Source: a virus (lineage: Duplodnaviria > Caudoviricetes). From it: a stretch of 33,375 bases of DNA. Position numbers and translations under genes: made by a program. Each line of letters opens with the position of its first letter. Position 1 is the stretch's first letter. The stretch spans positions 1-33,375 of the IMG/VR virus record IMGVR_UViG_3300005611_000116; one strand, 5' to 3'. This document shows, in pieces, positions 8,705 to 17,172 of the stretch. The notes under the pieces are model-generated. The model saw nothing but the letters and a program-made list of their open reading frames with translations, was not told where the DNA came from and made no database searches.

Positions 8705-8867
8705 CTTCTGGACTCCAGTTGTCGTGATAGACGAACGCGAAGGTTTCAGCGTCGGTCTTTATCAGGTGTACAGGCGGGGCATTTGGCAATTCTCCGCTGT
8801 ATGCACGCGCTTGGATTTCTACAACCAAGCGAATGTAGATCTCAGCCGCCATTTCTTCCTGTGTCAT
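8694..8867 (-). CDS. hypothetical protein, 57 aa (MTQEEMAAEIYIRL...)
   Basis: Translated by hand. AAGGAGG RBS and ATGA coupling with the upstream gene. Confidence 0.65.
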   Translation of the reverse strand: MTQEEMAAEIYIRLVVEIQARAYSGELPNAPPVHLIKTDAETFAFVYHDNWSPEDEM

Positions 8868-9196
8868 GCTGCCTCCTTTTCATTGATCACGTAGTCGTTA
8901 ACCGCATCGCCGATCACAAAAGCAATGAGCGCCTTTTCGCTGCGAAGTCGCGCTTCGGAACTGTTCATCAAGCTGTTCGTATCGTTATAAAACCAGACTT
9001 GCTTGACGACGTTTTCAACAAATCCGCTCGCACGTTGCACGTTGTCGCCCTTCGCATCACGGGCATACATCGGGTCGTAATTCCTGTCGAACATAACTTC
9101 CGTTCCGTCGGCAGTGATGTACATGCCGTAAGGCAAGACGTCGTTCAGTTCTACTTGGTTGTCCAGATCGTCGGCTTTAATGAATTTAAAAGTCAT
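8864..9196 (-). CDS. hypothetical phage protein (LPYG....DG.EV.F.R.Y.P motif)
   Basis: AGAAAGGA RBS before ATG 9196. Confidence 0.72.
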   Translation of the reverse strand: MTFKFIKADDLDNQVELNDVLPYGMYITADGTEVMFDRNYDPMYARDAKGDNVQRASGFVENVVKQVWFYNDTNSLMNSSEARLRSEKALIAFVIGDAVNDYVINEKEAA

Positions 9197-9218
9197 AGCT
9201 TTTTTCCTTTCTTCAGTT

Positions 9219-9323
9219 CTAGGTAAGCATCGGCATAGGTTCGCCGATCGTGATTTCGTCCCATTGCACGGCCCAGAGATCACGCTCTCGGTCGTACCGC
9301 AGGAAGACAATGAATGGCCTCAT
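9219..9323 (-). CDS. putative 34-aa protein (MRPFIVFLRYDRERDLWAVQWDE...)
   Basis: Translated by hand. ATGA overlap with the upstream stop, GGAG upstream, fills the gap. Confidence 0.5.
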   Translation of the reverse strand: MRPFIVFLRYDRERDLWAVQWDEITIGEPMPMLT

Positions 9324-9652
9324 TCGGCCATCTCCGCCATCAGTGCGTGGTAATCCGAAGGATCAACCGACGCAAGGTTGTCGCCGTACTTGGCGATGAT
9401 TGCCTTGGCAACATCCTTGCCGTGCTTCTTGGCATAATTCTGTGCGACCTTTCGTACGGCCTCTTCATCAGGATAATTAAAAGTTTCCTGCTTGACGGGC
9501 TCCGCGACTTCAGGTACAGGTGTCGCCTCGATCTTGGCTTCCGGCATCTCAACAAGCGTTTGGATATTGGCTGCCATTTCGTTACGCGCCATGGCCCAGT
9601 GCACATTGGCGAGTTGGGTGTATAGCTCAGCTACACGGGCGTAGTAGTTCAT
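9320..9652 (-). CDS. conserved hypothetical protein of DUF2800/DUF2815/PolA modules
   Basis: AGAAAGGAG RBS. C-terminal helical domain (G.D.AKAIIAKYG..LASVDPSDY) of the kind that typically leads such operons. Confidence 0.75.
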   Translation of the reverse strand: MNYYARVAELYTQLANVHWAMARNEMAANIQTLVEMPEAKIEATPVPEVAEPVKQETFNYPDEEAVRKVAQNYAKKHGKDVAKAIIAKYGDNLASVDPSDYHALMAEMAE

Positions 9653-9687
9653 ACAGTTCTCCTTTCTTCGTTGTGAACGTGCTGCTG

Positions 9688-9756
9688 ATATTACGCCGTT
9701 GATCAGGGATGTCAACCCCCTGTGATGAAAAAAAGTATTGGCATAAAGTATTGACA
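9688..9756. promoter_or_regulatory. divergent control region: leftward promoter plus AAAGTATTGRCA direct repeat
   Basis: Minus strand TTGACA (9710-9715)-N16-TAATAT (9688-9693). AAAGTATTGGCA at 9732-9743 and AAAGTATTGACA at 9745-9756; the latter contains a plus-strand TTGACA. Confidence 0.6.
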
Positions 9757-9777
9757 GAAAGTTGAGAAGGATAGAAG

Positions 9778-10347
9778 ATGACCCCACGGTATCTGAGAGA
9801 CGCGCCTGATCACGTCGCGGAGCTTTTGATCAATGCCGGTGTGACTTCGCACCGCTTGTTCTTAGCCCGGTTTTTCGTAGACGTGATGTTCGGCATCGAC
9901 CAATACGTCGAGGTGCAGGCGCGGATTCTGTGGCGTTGGATCAAGGCCGTCGAGGCAGGCAACCGGTACAAGCGACCGCATTTACCGGTCTCGAAGATCG
10001 GCACGGGGCCTCGGGGCACGTTCCCATTGGTCGCCAATGCGTATGGGATCCTGTACGCCGAGGATACCTACGGCAAGATGAAACCGCTCTTGCCAAAGAA
10101 AGAGAAGACGAAGGCCATCCGCCGGGGAAAGCTCGTCGAGTGGGCCGAAGAGGATCGCAAGTACTTACGCACGCTCACGGGCCGGTACTGCACTGAAGAA
10201 CAGAAGGCTGAGCGCCGTGCGCTTATAAAGCTTGTAACAACAACCTACGCAGACCGAAACGTACTGCGCCGCCTATACCAGCCGGGCGATCTGATCCGGG
10301 GTGAGTTGGCAAGGAGAATGAAGGATGACAATAGGGGAGTGGATTGA
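9778..10347 (+). CDS. hypothetical basic protein, 189 aa
   Basis: Long ORF, AAGGA upstream, overlaps the next gene; no family recognised. Confidence 0.65.
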   Translation: MTPRYLRDAPDHVAELLINAGVTSHRLFLARFFVDVMFGIDQYVEVQARILWRWIKAVEAGNRYKRPHLPVSKIGTGPRGTFPLVANAYGILYAEDTYGKMKPLLPKKEKTKAIRRGKLVEWAEEDRKYLRTLTGRYCTEEQKAERRALIKLVTTTYADRNVLRRLYQPGDLIRGELARRMKDDNRGVD

Positions 10348-10528
10348 CGAGAAAGGCGCGACGTTCGTGGCCTACCATCTCGGGATCACAGAAAGCGCCG
10401 TGCATTCATGGCGCTCGGGCGCACGCAAACCCAGACCAGAACACGCTAAGCGCTTGCTCTGCCTTGCCAATGGCGAGCTCGCTTGGGAGGACATCTACGG
10501 CCCCGTTGCCCAATGTGACGAGGCTTAA
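10325..10528 (+). CDS. Cro-like HTH regulator
   Basis: GATFVAYHLGITESAVHSWRSGARKPRP..A..L......L..EDIY pattern; sits directly before the primase gene. Confidence 0.85.
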   Translation: MTIGEWIDEKGATFVAYHLGITESAVHSWRSGARKPRPEHAKRLLCLANGELAWEDIYGPVAQCDEA

Positions 10529-10530
10529 TT

Positions 10531-12849
10531 ATGAGTCCGTATCAGGAGTACGCAGACCAACTGCGTAAGGCGGGCTTTACTCCCCTGCCGATTGCACCGA
10601 ACAGCAAGAAGCCCATTCACGATGGGTGGACTGGATTCTTAGAGAACCCGCCGTCAGACGCTGAGTACGCAGAATGGAGCCAGAAGTACAACAGCACGCA
10701 TGGCGTGGGTGTTGTCACCGGCCATGTCATCGCAGTCGACGTGGATTTCTACGAGAAGGAAACCTCTACCGCCATCGCCAAGATGGTGCTCGCAGAATTG
10801 GGTGACGCCCCGAAGCGTGTCGGCCAGAAGCCCAAGGTGCTTTTGGTCTACCGCAACGAAGGCGATCCGTTCCCCAAGCTCACCGGCGCCAAGTTCCAGA
10901 AGGAAGGCTACGACAACAGCCGCGTTGAGGTCCTCGCCAAGGGGCAGCAGTTCATTGCCTACGGCACGCACAAGGACACCGGCCGTCCGTATAAATACCT
11001 CGGCGAAGATCTCGTCTCGTTTGGTTTTGATTTCCTCGAGCCGGTCAGCCTCGAACAGCTTGAATCCGTGCTGCAAAAGGCCGAAGAGATTGCTGTCGCC
11101 CATGGTTGGGAGAAGATTTCCGAGGGCAGGCAGGGTGCAGGCGGCACGTTAGGTTTGAATCAGGCGGTGATCGAGGATGTCGACTTCCCGCTCGAGACCC
11201 CAGAGCGCGTCAAGGCAGCCTTGCGGCACATCGACGCGTCGGACTACGACACGTGGATTGAGATCGGACAGGCGCTGCACTCGACCATGGCAGGGCAGGA
11301 AGCATTTGAAATCTGGGATGAGTGGTCTGCCACGGCAGACAACTACGATTCCGGGCAGATGGAAGCCAAGTGGAAATCGTTCCGACATGTTGATGGCGGC
11401 GTAACGATCGGCACGCTCTATCACCGCGCCCGCATCGCCGGGTGGATTGAAGAGGAAGAGCGCGAGGAGCGTCCGTCGACACAACAGGGCTACGTGGACC
11501 GCTACTGGTTCATGGAAGAGGGATCGAACGTGGTCGACGAGCAGATGCCCGCGCACCATGCGATCTTAAAGTTGCAGGATTTTAAGAACTCCCATCGCAA
11601 TAATTTTTTCATGGAGCAGCGCCGTAATGGTCCTGTCCGTGTCCGTTTTGCAGATTGGTGGATGGAAGCCCCGCAGCGCCGGACCTTACGCGGCGAGACG
11701 TACATACCCAAGGACAAGCGCTTCATCGGCAGCAACCCTGTCTTCTTCAACACCTACGAAGGTCCGGGCCTCGAGCTCGTCCCAGCCGTGGACCAAGTGC
11801 GGATCCAACCGTTTCTCGATCACGTGGAATATCTGTGCGAGTCGCAGGAAAGCCGGGAGCGCCTGCTCGACTGGTGCGCCATCAACGTACAGCGCCCAGA
11901 CGTGAAGCTTCCGTATGCCATCCTGCTGTATTCCCCGCATCACGGGGTGGGCAAGGGGTGGTTCGCGGACGTCATGTCCGAGATGGTCGGGCGGCACAAC
12001 GCGTCCACATGCTCGGCGGAACAACTGTCCGGGCAGGGCTCGGCCTACAATGAATACATGTACCAGTCCGTGCTGACCTTGGTACATGAAGTCCGGGCCA
12101 AGAATCGTTTCGAGATGACCGACCGGATCAAGAACCTGATCACCGAACCGTGGCAGCACATCAACCTGAAGTACGGGGCACAGGGCACGAAGCAGGTCTT
12201 CAACAACTTCCTGTTCATGTCCAACCACCCGGACGCCATGGCGATTACCGATGAGGATCGTCGCGTAGATATTATCCAGATCGATGCGGAACCGAGGGAT
12301 GCGGCTTATTACTCGGGTTTATTTGCGTGGTTAAAAGATCGGGTGAACTTAAACCATCTTTACACGTATTTATATTCACGGGACCTGACCAAATTTGACC
12401 CGGCAGATCGCCCAGAAAAGACGGTCCAGAAGCAGGCCATGATCGACGCTTCAAAAACCGAACTCGAGACCATTTTATTTGACGGGATTGAGAGCGCAGA
12501 TTTAATTCTGGCCCGAGACATTATTCAATGGAAAGATATTTATAAATACCTTGAAGTGGAAATGTACGACGGGATGCGGAAGCTCAATGCGTCCGAAAAG
12601 AATCAGACGCGACATGCGTTGGAACGGTTCATCATGGCGAAGTATCCGTCAGACCAAGCGGTATACCGTATGTTCAATAGTGGCTCGGGGTATCAGCTAA
12701 AAGTCGAAGGTAAGAATAGACGCGTGATTGCTATCCGTAATGTTCTAAACTACGCTCATATCTCTAGTGGATCTAGTCTCAGGTATCACAATGAAAAGAT
12801 ACGCAATGAGTATAGTCGTCTAGTAGATGTAATAGGAGATGACCTGTGA
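10531..12849 (+). CDS. primase-polymerase (Prim-Pol + PriCT-2) fused to SF3/D5-like helicase
   Basis: N-terminal PLPIAPNSKKP...GW, AVDVD, QFIAYGTH..TGRPY; PriCT-2-like DYDTWIEIGQALH...WDEWS...KWKSF..VTIGTL; Walker A HGVGKG, Walker B LVHE, FMSNH, DRR. Confidence 0.9.
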   Translation: MSPYQEYADQLRKAGFTPLPIAPNSKKPIHDGWTGFLENPPSDAEYAEWSQKYNSTHGVGVVTGHVIAVDVDFYEKETSTAIAKMVLAELGDAPKRVGQKPKVLLVYRNEGDPFPKLTGAKFQKEGYDNSRVEVLAKGQQFIAYGTHKDTGRPYKYLGEDLVSFGFDFLEPVSLEQLESVLQKAEEIAVAHGWEKISEGRQGAGGTLGLNQAVIEDVDFPLETPERVKAALRHIDASDYDTWIEIGQALHSTMAGQEAFEIWDEWSATADNYDSGQMEAKWKSFRHVDGGVTIGTLYHRARIAGWIEEEEREERPSTQQGYVDRYWFMEEGSNVVDEQMPAHHAILKLQDFKNSHRNNFFMEQRRNGPVRVRFADWWMEAPQRRTLRGETYIPKDKRFIGSNPVFFNTYEGPGLELVPAVDQVRIQPFLDHVEYLCESQESRERLLDWCAINVQRPDVKLPYAILLYSPHHGVGKGWFADVMSEMVGRHNASTCSAEQLSGQGSAYNEYMYQSVLTLVHEVRAKNRFEMTDRIKNLITEPWQHINLKYGAQGTKQVFNNFLFMSNHPDAMAITDEDRRVDIIQIDAEPRDAAYYSGLFAWLKDRVNLNHLYTYLYSRDLTKFDPADRPEKTVQKQAMIDASKTELETILFDGIESADLILARDIIQWKDIYKYLEVEMYDGMRKLNASEKNQTRHALERFIMAKYPSDQAVYRMFNSGSGYQLKVEGKNRRVIAIRNVLNYAHISSGSSLRYHNEKIRNEYSRLVDVIGDDL

Positions 12850-13105
12850 GTCCCAAAGGCGTCCCAAAGCTTTGGGCCCTCGGAAACGTAGGCCCAGTAA
12901 GGGTTTTCGGGGAATCGTCCCAAGTCCCAAAGGTTTTCTACTTGGGCGTAAAAATGTGTAATATCCTACTATTTTGTATTGTTATTATATTTTCTATTTA
13001 TGGTTTTAAAAGTGTTGGGACTTGGTACAGAATAGGGTTAAGCACATGAATTTAAACGACTTTTTCCGTCCCAAGACCTTTGGGACTGCTTTGGGACGCT
13101 GGGAC
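12850..13105. repeat. GTCCCAA/TTGGGAC heptamer array around an AT-rich core; putative replication origin
   Basis: GTCCCAA at 12850, 12861, 12917, 12924, 13068. TTGGGAC at 13015, 13080, 13091. Variants at 12872, 13022, 13099. AT-rich core about 12950-13012. Confidence 0.7.
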
Positions 13106-13128
13106 GCAGCAAAATGGAGGGCTGAAGC

Positions 13129-13806
13129 ATGAACAGCGACGATGAGTTCCTTGACGCGCACGCTGACGTAGGAGAACCGATGATTGAGGAAGGAAGTATT
13201 CCTGCGTATGAGGGACGGCAGACACCTGACCTGCGCGGTGGAAATAATCCTCCGCCGAAAGTGCGGACGATTAATGCGGCCGAAGAAAGTTTTGCGAAAG
13301 CTTATTCGCGTGGAGATTGTTCAATAAAACATGCGTTGCGATTAGCAGGTTATTCGGAAACAACGGTTATTCGAAAAGCCAGTGAGATTTTGGATCCGAG
13401 TAAAAATCCGCACGTGGTCGAGCGGGTTAAAGAATTGCAGGAAGAAAATGCAAAGCGGCACGGGATTGATTTGGAGCGGCATCTTCGCGACCTGATGACG
13501 ATTCGTGATGCGGCCATGGACGCCGGGTCGTTTGCGGCTGCGGTGTCGGCGGAGAAGATCCGAGGATCGGCGGCAGGGCTGCATATCGATCGCAAGGAGA
13601 TCCTGCACGGGAAGATCGACCAGATGACGAAGGAGCAAGTGATTGCTCGGCTGAAGGAGATTCAGGAGCAGCACGGGGTGTCCGTGTTTCAGATACCGAC
13701 TGATGTGATCGAAGGAGAATTGGCGGATGAAGGAGAAGGACCTGTGGGCGAAGATCAGGACGGGGACGAAGGGGATTGGGATCCACTGGACGAGGATCGA
13801 GAGTAG
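13129..13806 (+). CDS. terS: terminase small subunit
   Basis: E.FAKAY......ALRLAGYS......ASE.L....PHV...V.EL HTH, then A...G.FAAAVSAE..RG..AGL; GGAGG RBS. Confidence 0.8.
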   Translation: MNSDDEFLDAHADVGEPMIEEGSIPAYEGRQTPDLRGGNNPPPKVRTINAAEESFAKAYSRGDCSIKHALRLAGYSETTVIRKASEILDPSKNPHVVERVKELQEENAKRHGIDLERHLRDLMTIRDAAMDAGSFAAAVSAEKIRGSAAGLHIDRKEILHGKIDQMTKEQVIARLKEIQEQHGVSVFQIPTDVIEGELADEGEGPVGEDQDGDEGDWDPLDEDRE

Positions 13807-14209
13807 GGCAGGCCCCGGTGTTCCTGATGTGAATGGATGCTATGCGGGTGTGGAGGTATGGCTTGAGTTGAAATTATCCAGAGGCAATAGGGTGAACCTA
13901 TCGGAGTTCCAGACCAATTGGATTGAGCGAAGAATCAAGGCGGGCGGGGTGGCATGGATCATTGTTCTGCCCGTCGCCCAAAGGCTACCGGAATATTTTC
14001 CGGCGGGGTCCAAGCCTCCAATTTTACTCTACTTCGGCACCCAAGCGCGAGCGCTCATGGAGCAAGGCATTGCTCTGCGCCCCCATCGAATGCTCTGCGC
14101 CCCCTACAACTGGACAGAGTTTGCCTCTGAGACCTTCTCTGCGGGCCCCAGAGACGAGATCTCTGCGCCCTCGGGTCCTGACACCTCTGCGCCCCCGATC
14201 GTGGCTTAG
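13727..14209 (+). CDS. PD-(D/E)xK nuclease (VRR-NUC / Holliday junction resolvase-like)
   Basis: E..LW, RIE....GVPD......G..VWLELK.......LSEFQ..W......GG pattern. Confidence 0.85.
   Translation: MKEKDLWAKIRTGTKGIGIHWTRIESRAGPGVPDVNGCYAGVEVWLELKLSRGNRVNLSEFQTNWIERRIKAGGVAWIIVLPVAQRLPEYFPAGSKPPILLYFGTQARALMEQGIALRPHRMLCAPYNWTEFASETFSAGPRDEISAPSGPDTSAPPIVA
14071..14196 (+). repeat. cluster 1 of CTCTGCGCCCCC motif (5 copies, inside the nuclease 3' end)
   Basis: Core starts at 14073, 14093 and 14185; variants CTCTGCGGGCCCC at 14137 and CTCTGCGCCCTCGG at 14161. Confidence 0.85.
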
Positions 14210-14308
14210 AACCCTTATATGAATAAAGTTTATTTTGTCATAGAAATTGTTTATTATTACACGCTAGTTGCGCTGTACACTACAACGTTTATTCAGTACT
14301 AGCAACGC

Positions 14309-14337
14309 TTGACATACTAGACGTTCTGCAGCATACT
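14309..14337 (+). promoter_or_regulatory. sigma70-type promoter
   Basis: TTGACA-N17-CATACT, with an AT-rich region upstream. Confidence 0.7.
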
Positions 14338-14371
14338 GTGCACTCCTACAACGACAACGGGAGCGCATATC

Positions 14372-15055
14372 ATGCTCAAAACTATAGACAAATCTTCGAA
14401 TTCTAAAACGGGACCGATCGCCGTGACCTATCGCGCCGGGGCGCAGTCTTGTTTCGGCACTTGCCCGGGCACATGCTCGCTTAATCCTGAAAAGAAATCG
14501 GGCGCAAGCGAGATTGACAGCGACTACCTACACGCACTGCGCCGCGCAGTACCGCGCAACGGGCAGGCGTTTACCTATACGCACTTCGACTATCACCGGA
14601 TCCCGGCATGGGTGCCCGGCGAAACCGTGATTAACTACAGTGCCGACACACTCGGCGACGCGCTCAGGGCGCATAACTCCGGGCGCCCTACTGTGCTCAC
14701 GGCGCCGGTCGGCATGGATTATCCGCGCAGGGTCGAAACGGTAAAGATTGTCACATGCCCGGCTGAACTGCGGCACGACGTGCAATGCGCGAACTGCGGC
14801 AACGGGCGCCCGCTCTGCGCTCGCGCTGATCGCAATTTTATTGTTCTCTTTCACGCACACGGCACGCAGGCAAAACGCGTCGGGACAGATACGGGCGGAT
14901 GCTATGGATCGGGCGGGCACGTTCGCGTGCATTGGAACAAAACAATGCAGCAAGCGCCGAGCAATGACGCCGAGACTCTGCGCAAATGGGCGCGCAGTCT
15001 GCCGCCGGGCTCAATCATTCGACACCATGTTGTAGGTGACATCGGCCGCGGCTGA
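14372..15055 (+). CDS. Cys/His-rich phage protein (gp88/DUF7227-like; probable Fe-S or Zn binding)
   Basis: SSNSKTG, TCPGTC, FTYTH, CPA...C..C.....LC, HAHG, GCYG, RHHVVGD. Family name is from memory. Confidence 0.7.
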   Translation: MLKTIDKSSNSKTGPIAVTYRAGAQSCFGTCPGTCSLNPEKKSGASEIDSDYLHALRRAVPRNGQAFTYTHFDYHRIPAWVPGETVINYSADTLGDALRAHNSGRPTVLTAPVGMDYPRRVETVKIVTCPAELRHDVQCANCGNGRPLCARADRNFIVLFHAHGTQAKRVGTDTGGCYGSGGHVRVHWNKTMQQAPSNDAETLRKWARSLPPGSIIRHHVVGDIGRG

Positions 15056-15062
15056 TTGTCTT

Positions 15063-15092
15063 GCCCGGGCTCTTGCCCGGGCTTTTTATTTT
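15063..15092 (+). terminator. intrinsic terminator
   Basis: GCCCGGGC-tctt-GCCCGGGC-TTTTTATTTT. Confidence 0.8.
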
Positions 15093-15128
15093 GCTCTGCG
15101 CCCCCGGCGCAGTGCTCTGCGCCCCCGG
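15092..15128 (+). repeat. cluster 2: TGCTCTGCGCCCCCGG x2 (21-bp period)
   Basis: 37 bp identical to 16128-16164. Confidence 0.95.
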
Positions 15129-15143
15129 GCATTGGAGAAAAAC

Positions 15144-15293
15144 GTGCTTATTTCTCAAAAAGAAATTGAAGACAAGCTTGGCGTCAAAGCCATTGAAGAT
15201 CTCGCCGACATTGTCGCCGAATACCTTATCGAAGCAGGGTTTCGGCCGATCGCATTCGACTATACGTTATCAGTTGAATTCGAAGAAGAATAG
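15144..15293 (+). CDS. 49-aa acidic hypothetical protein
   Basis: GTG at 15144 after GGAG; the longer ORF start runs through the terminator and repeat. Confidence 0.6.
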   Translation: MLISQKEIEDKLGVKAIEDLADIVAEYLIEAGFRPIAFDYTLSVEFEEE

Positions 15294-15296
15294 TAC

Positions 15297-15324
15297 TTGC
15301 AACACGCAATCAACCGCGTATAAT
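15297..15324 (+). promoter_or_regulatory. sigma70-type promoter followed by leader hairpin
   Basis: TTGCAA-N16-TATAAT; GC-rich leader hairpin about 15332-15358; AGAAAGGA RBS. Confidence 0.7.
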
Positions 15325-15379
15325 CCGTAGGTGTCGGGGGGCAATCCCGCACCCGGCAGAACTTAGAAAGGAAAAGAAA

Positions 15380-15706
15380 ATGAAAGTAAAAACCTACGGC
15401 TTGTATCTTGACCTTGACCTCGCTCGCAATCGTTTGGAATTGCCGAACGGCCGCGAGATTGTGGACGTTTATTACAGTGCGCTCGCCGATTGGGGTGTGG
15501 TGCTCGCCTTTCAGGGCGAGAATGACGCCGCGCCTTGGGTGACGTGGGAATTCTACCGGGGCGACCTCGCCACTACTGCGGCAGGGCACTACTTCAAAAC
15601 CCGGCAGCAGGCGTATCGCGACTTCGCCGATCGGATCGACTGTGTAGACAGCGATGCGGAAGTTTTCCGTGAACGCGCCGAAGAGCAGAAGCTCCGCGCC
15701 GTCTAA
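15380..15706 (+). CDS. hypothetical protein, 108 aa (WVTW...GHYF.....A..DF..R motif)
   Basis: Strong RBS and its own promoter; GCCGCCC-TTCG-GGGCGGC hairpin at 15714-15731 after the stop. Confidence 0.8.
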   Translation: MKVKTYGLYLDLDLARNRLELPNGREIVDVYYSALADWGVVLAFQGENDAAPWVTWEFYRGDLATTAAGHYFKTRQQAYRDFADRIDCVDSDAEVFRERAEEQKLRAV

Positions 15707-15748
15707 CCATCACGCCGCCCTTCGGGGCGGCTTACTTGGAGAATCAAA

Positions 15749-16093
15749 ATGCAAACTGAAATCCGCAAGAATCACCGGAAGCAATGGGAGATTACGTCTT
15801 ACATCCCATTGCCTGAGAAGCGCGAGTTGCGAGTCTTCACTGTAAAAGATGAAGGCGGCACGGTTTCATCCCGCGCCATGGTAGGCGTGCGTCTCCCGCA
15901 TTCTTTCCTAACCAAGATACACGGCGACTTCTACGCTAGAATTCAAACAAAAGCCGTACCCCGGGCAACGCAGAAAGCCGTGCAGGAAGTGCACAACGTG
16001 GCAATCGATATCTATTTACCGCACCTCATGGAGCGTGTGCGAGAGCACTACGGCGACGGCTACTTTAAACGGGAAAAAGAATTGGGAGAGTAA
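15749..16093 (+). CDS. hypothetical protein, 114 aa
   Basis: GGAG RBS; terminator directly after the stop. Confidence 0.8.
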   Translation: MQTEIRKNHRKQWEITSYIPLPEKRELRVFTVKDEGGTVSSRAMVGVRLPHSFLTKIHGDFYARIQTKAVPRATQKAVQEVHNVAIDIYLPHLMERVREHYGDGYFKREKELGE

Positions 16094-16097
16094 AACC

Positions 16098-16124
16098 AAG
16101 CGCCCTTCGGGGCGCTTTCTTTTT
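16098..16124 (+). terminator. intrinsic terminator
   Basis: AAGCGCCC-TTCG-GGGCGCTT-TCTTTTT. Confidence 0.85.
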
Positions 16125-16127
16125 GCG

Positions 16128-16164
16128 TGCTCTGCGCCCCCGGCGCAGTGCTCTGCGCCCCCGG
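16128..16164 (+). repeat. cluster 3: TGCTCTGCGCCCCCGG x2 (21-bp period)
   Basis: 37 bp identical to 15092-15128; both copies directly follow a terminator. Confidence 0.95.
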
Positions 16165-16270
16165 CGATAGCCCGGCCCTTGCGGCGCAGCCCCAGGGTTC
16201 CTGACTATTTCAGTCAGGTATATTAAGATCTTTTATATAGTACCAGGGCGTACTATTTCGTTCTAGGGCA

Positions 16271-16300
16271 TTGCATTCGGTTTTGTTTTTGTTTTAAAAT
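16271..16300 (+). promoter_or_regulatory. sigma70-type promoter with upstream inverted repeats
   Basis: TTGCAT-N18-TAAAAT. Upstream: ATAGTAC-N6-GTACTAT (16237-16256) and CCTGACT-N5-AGTCAGG (16200-16218). Confidence 0.55.
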
Positions 16301-16356
16301 AGCGGCACGCTTTCGGGATGGGCCCGGGGGCGCCTACAACTTTGGAGATTAATCTC

Positions 16357-17112
16357 ATGACTTTAATGTACAACAGCAAAAACGACGTAGTTATGACCCG
16401 CGACCAGATCGCTATGCTTCCGACACCGGCCCCGGTCGGTCGGTTTCATCACCCGGTACCATTCGCCGAGACGATCGATCTCACCATGGGCGCATTGGAG
16501 CGCAACGGCTTTGAGATCCGTTCGCCTGAGTTTGCGGTCCAGAAGGATCATCAACGCTTTTTCGGCCTGATGGAGATCGCCTTAGAAGGCCGGTTTGAAT
16601 CGGAGTACACATGGACCGTCGGCCTTCGCGGATCGCACGACCAGTCAGTGCCGCGCGGCATCACGATCGGATCACGCGTTCTGGTCTGTTCTAACCTTTG
16701 TTTCCATGGCGATCTAGCGACCGTTCACACAAAACAAACCTTGAACGTGAATATGCGCCTTCCGGCCATGATCAATAATGCCGTGACTTTGCTACCGGAA
16801 CGGATCGCCCGGCAGGATGAGATCTTCGACCGCATGCGTCGCCAAGAGGTGCGCGGATCGGTCGGAGATGCCGCTCTGGTCGCTATGTATCGCAAGGGCG
16901 CGTTCACTAGCGCCGAGCTCGGGCGTGCGGCCATGGAATGGCAGGCGCCATCCTTCGAAGAGCACGCGCAGGACGGCTTCACAGCATGGCGCCTGCTTCA
17001 AGCTGCTACGCAGGCTGTGAAGCCGGTTGGCCAGTCTGGTAACCATGACACCATCCGACAGCGCACCCAGATTGCATCGGGATGGATTGAGCATCATCTG
17101 CTAGCGGCATAA
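16357..17112 (+). CDS. DUF932-like phage/plasmid protein
   Basis: Start reassigned to ATG 16357 (GGAG RBS); GLRGSHD.S.....IGSRVLVCSNL.F.G motif. Confidence 0.8.
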   Translation: MTLMYNSKNDVVMTRDQIAMLPTPAPVGRFHHPVPFAETIDLTMGALERNGFEIRSPEFAVQKDHQRFFGLMEIALEGRFESEYTWTVGLRGSHDQSVPRGITIGSRVLVCSNLCFHGDLATVHTKQTLNVNMRLPAMINNAVTLLPERIARQDEIFDRMRRQEVRGSVGDAALVAMYRKGAFTSAELGRAAMEWQAPSFEEHAQDGFTAWRLLQAATQAVKPVGQSGNHDTIRQRTQIASGWIEHHLLAA

Positions 17113-17120
17113 TCCGCAGC

Positions 17121-17149
17121 GCCCCGGCTTCGGCCGGGGTTTTTATTTC
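17121..17149 (+). terminator. intrinsic terminator
   Basis: GCCCCGGC-TTCG-GCCGGGGT-TTTTATTTC. Confidence 0.85.
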
Positions 17150-17172
17150 TGTAATCAGTATCAATTTGAGAT

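Noticed and set aside
8267-9226. 319-aa plus-strand ORF
   Set aside because: Antisense shadow of four minus-strand genes that have good RBSs or coupled starts; no recognisable motifs.
12846-13049. 67-aa ORF with hydrophobic stretch
   Set aside because: It runs through the heptamer array, and its hydrophobic part simply reflects the AT-rich core; better explained as a cis element.
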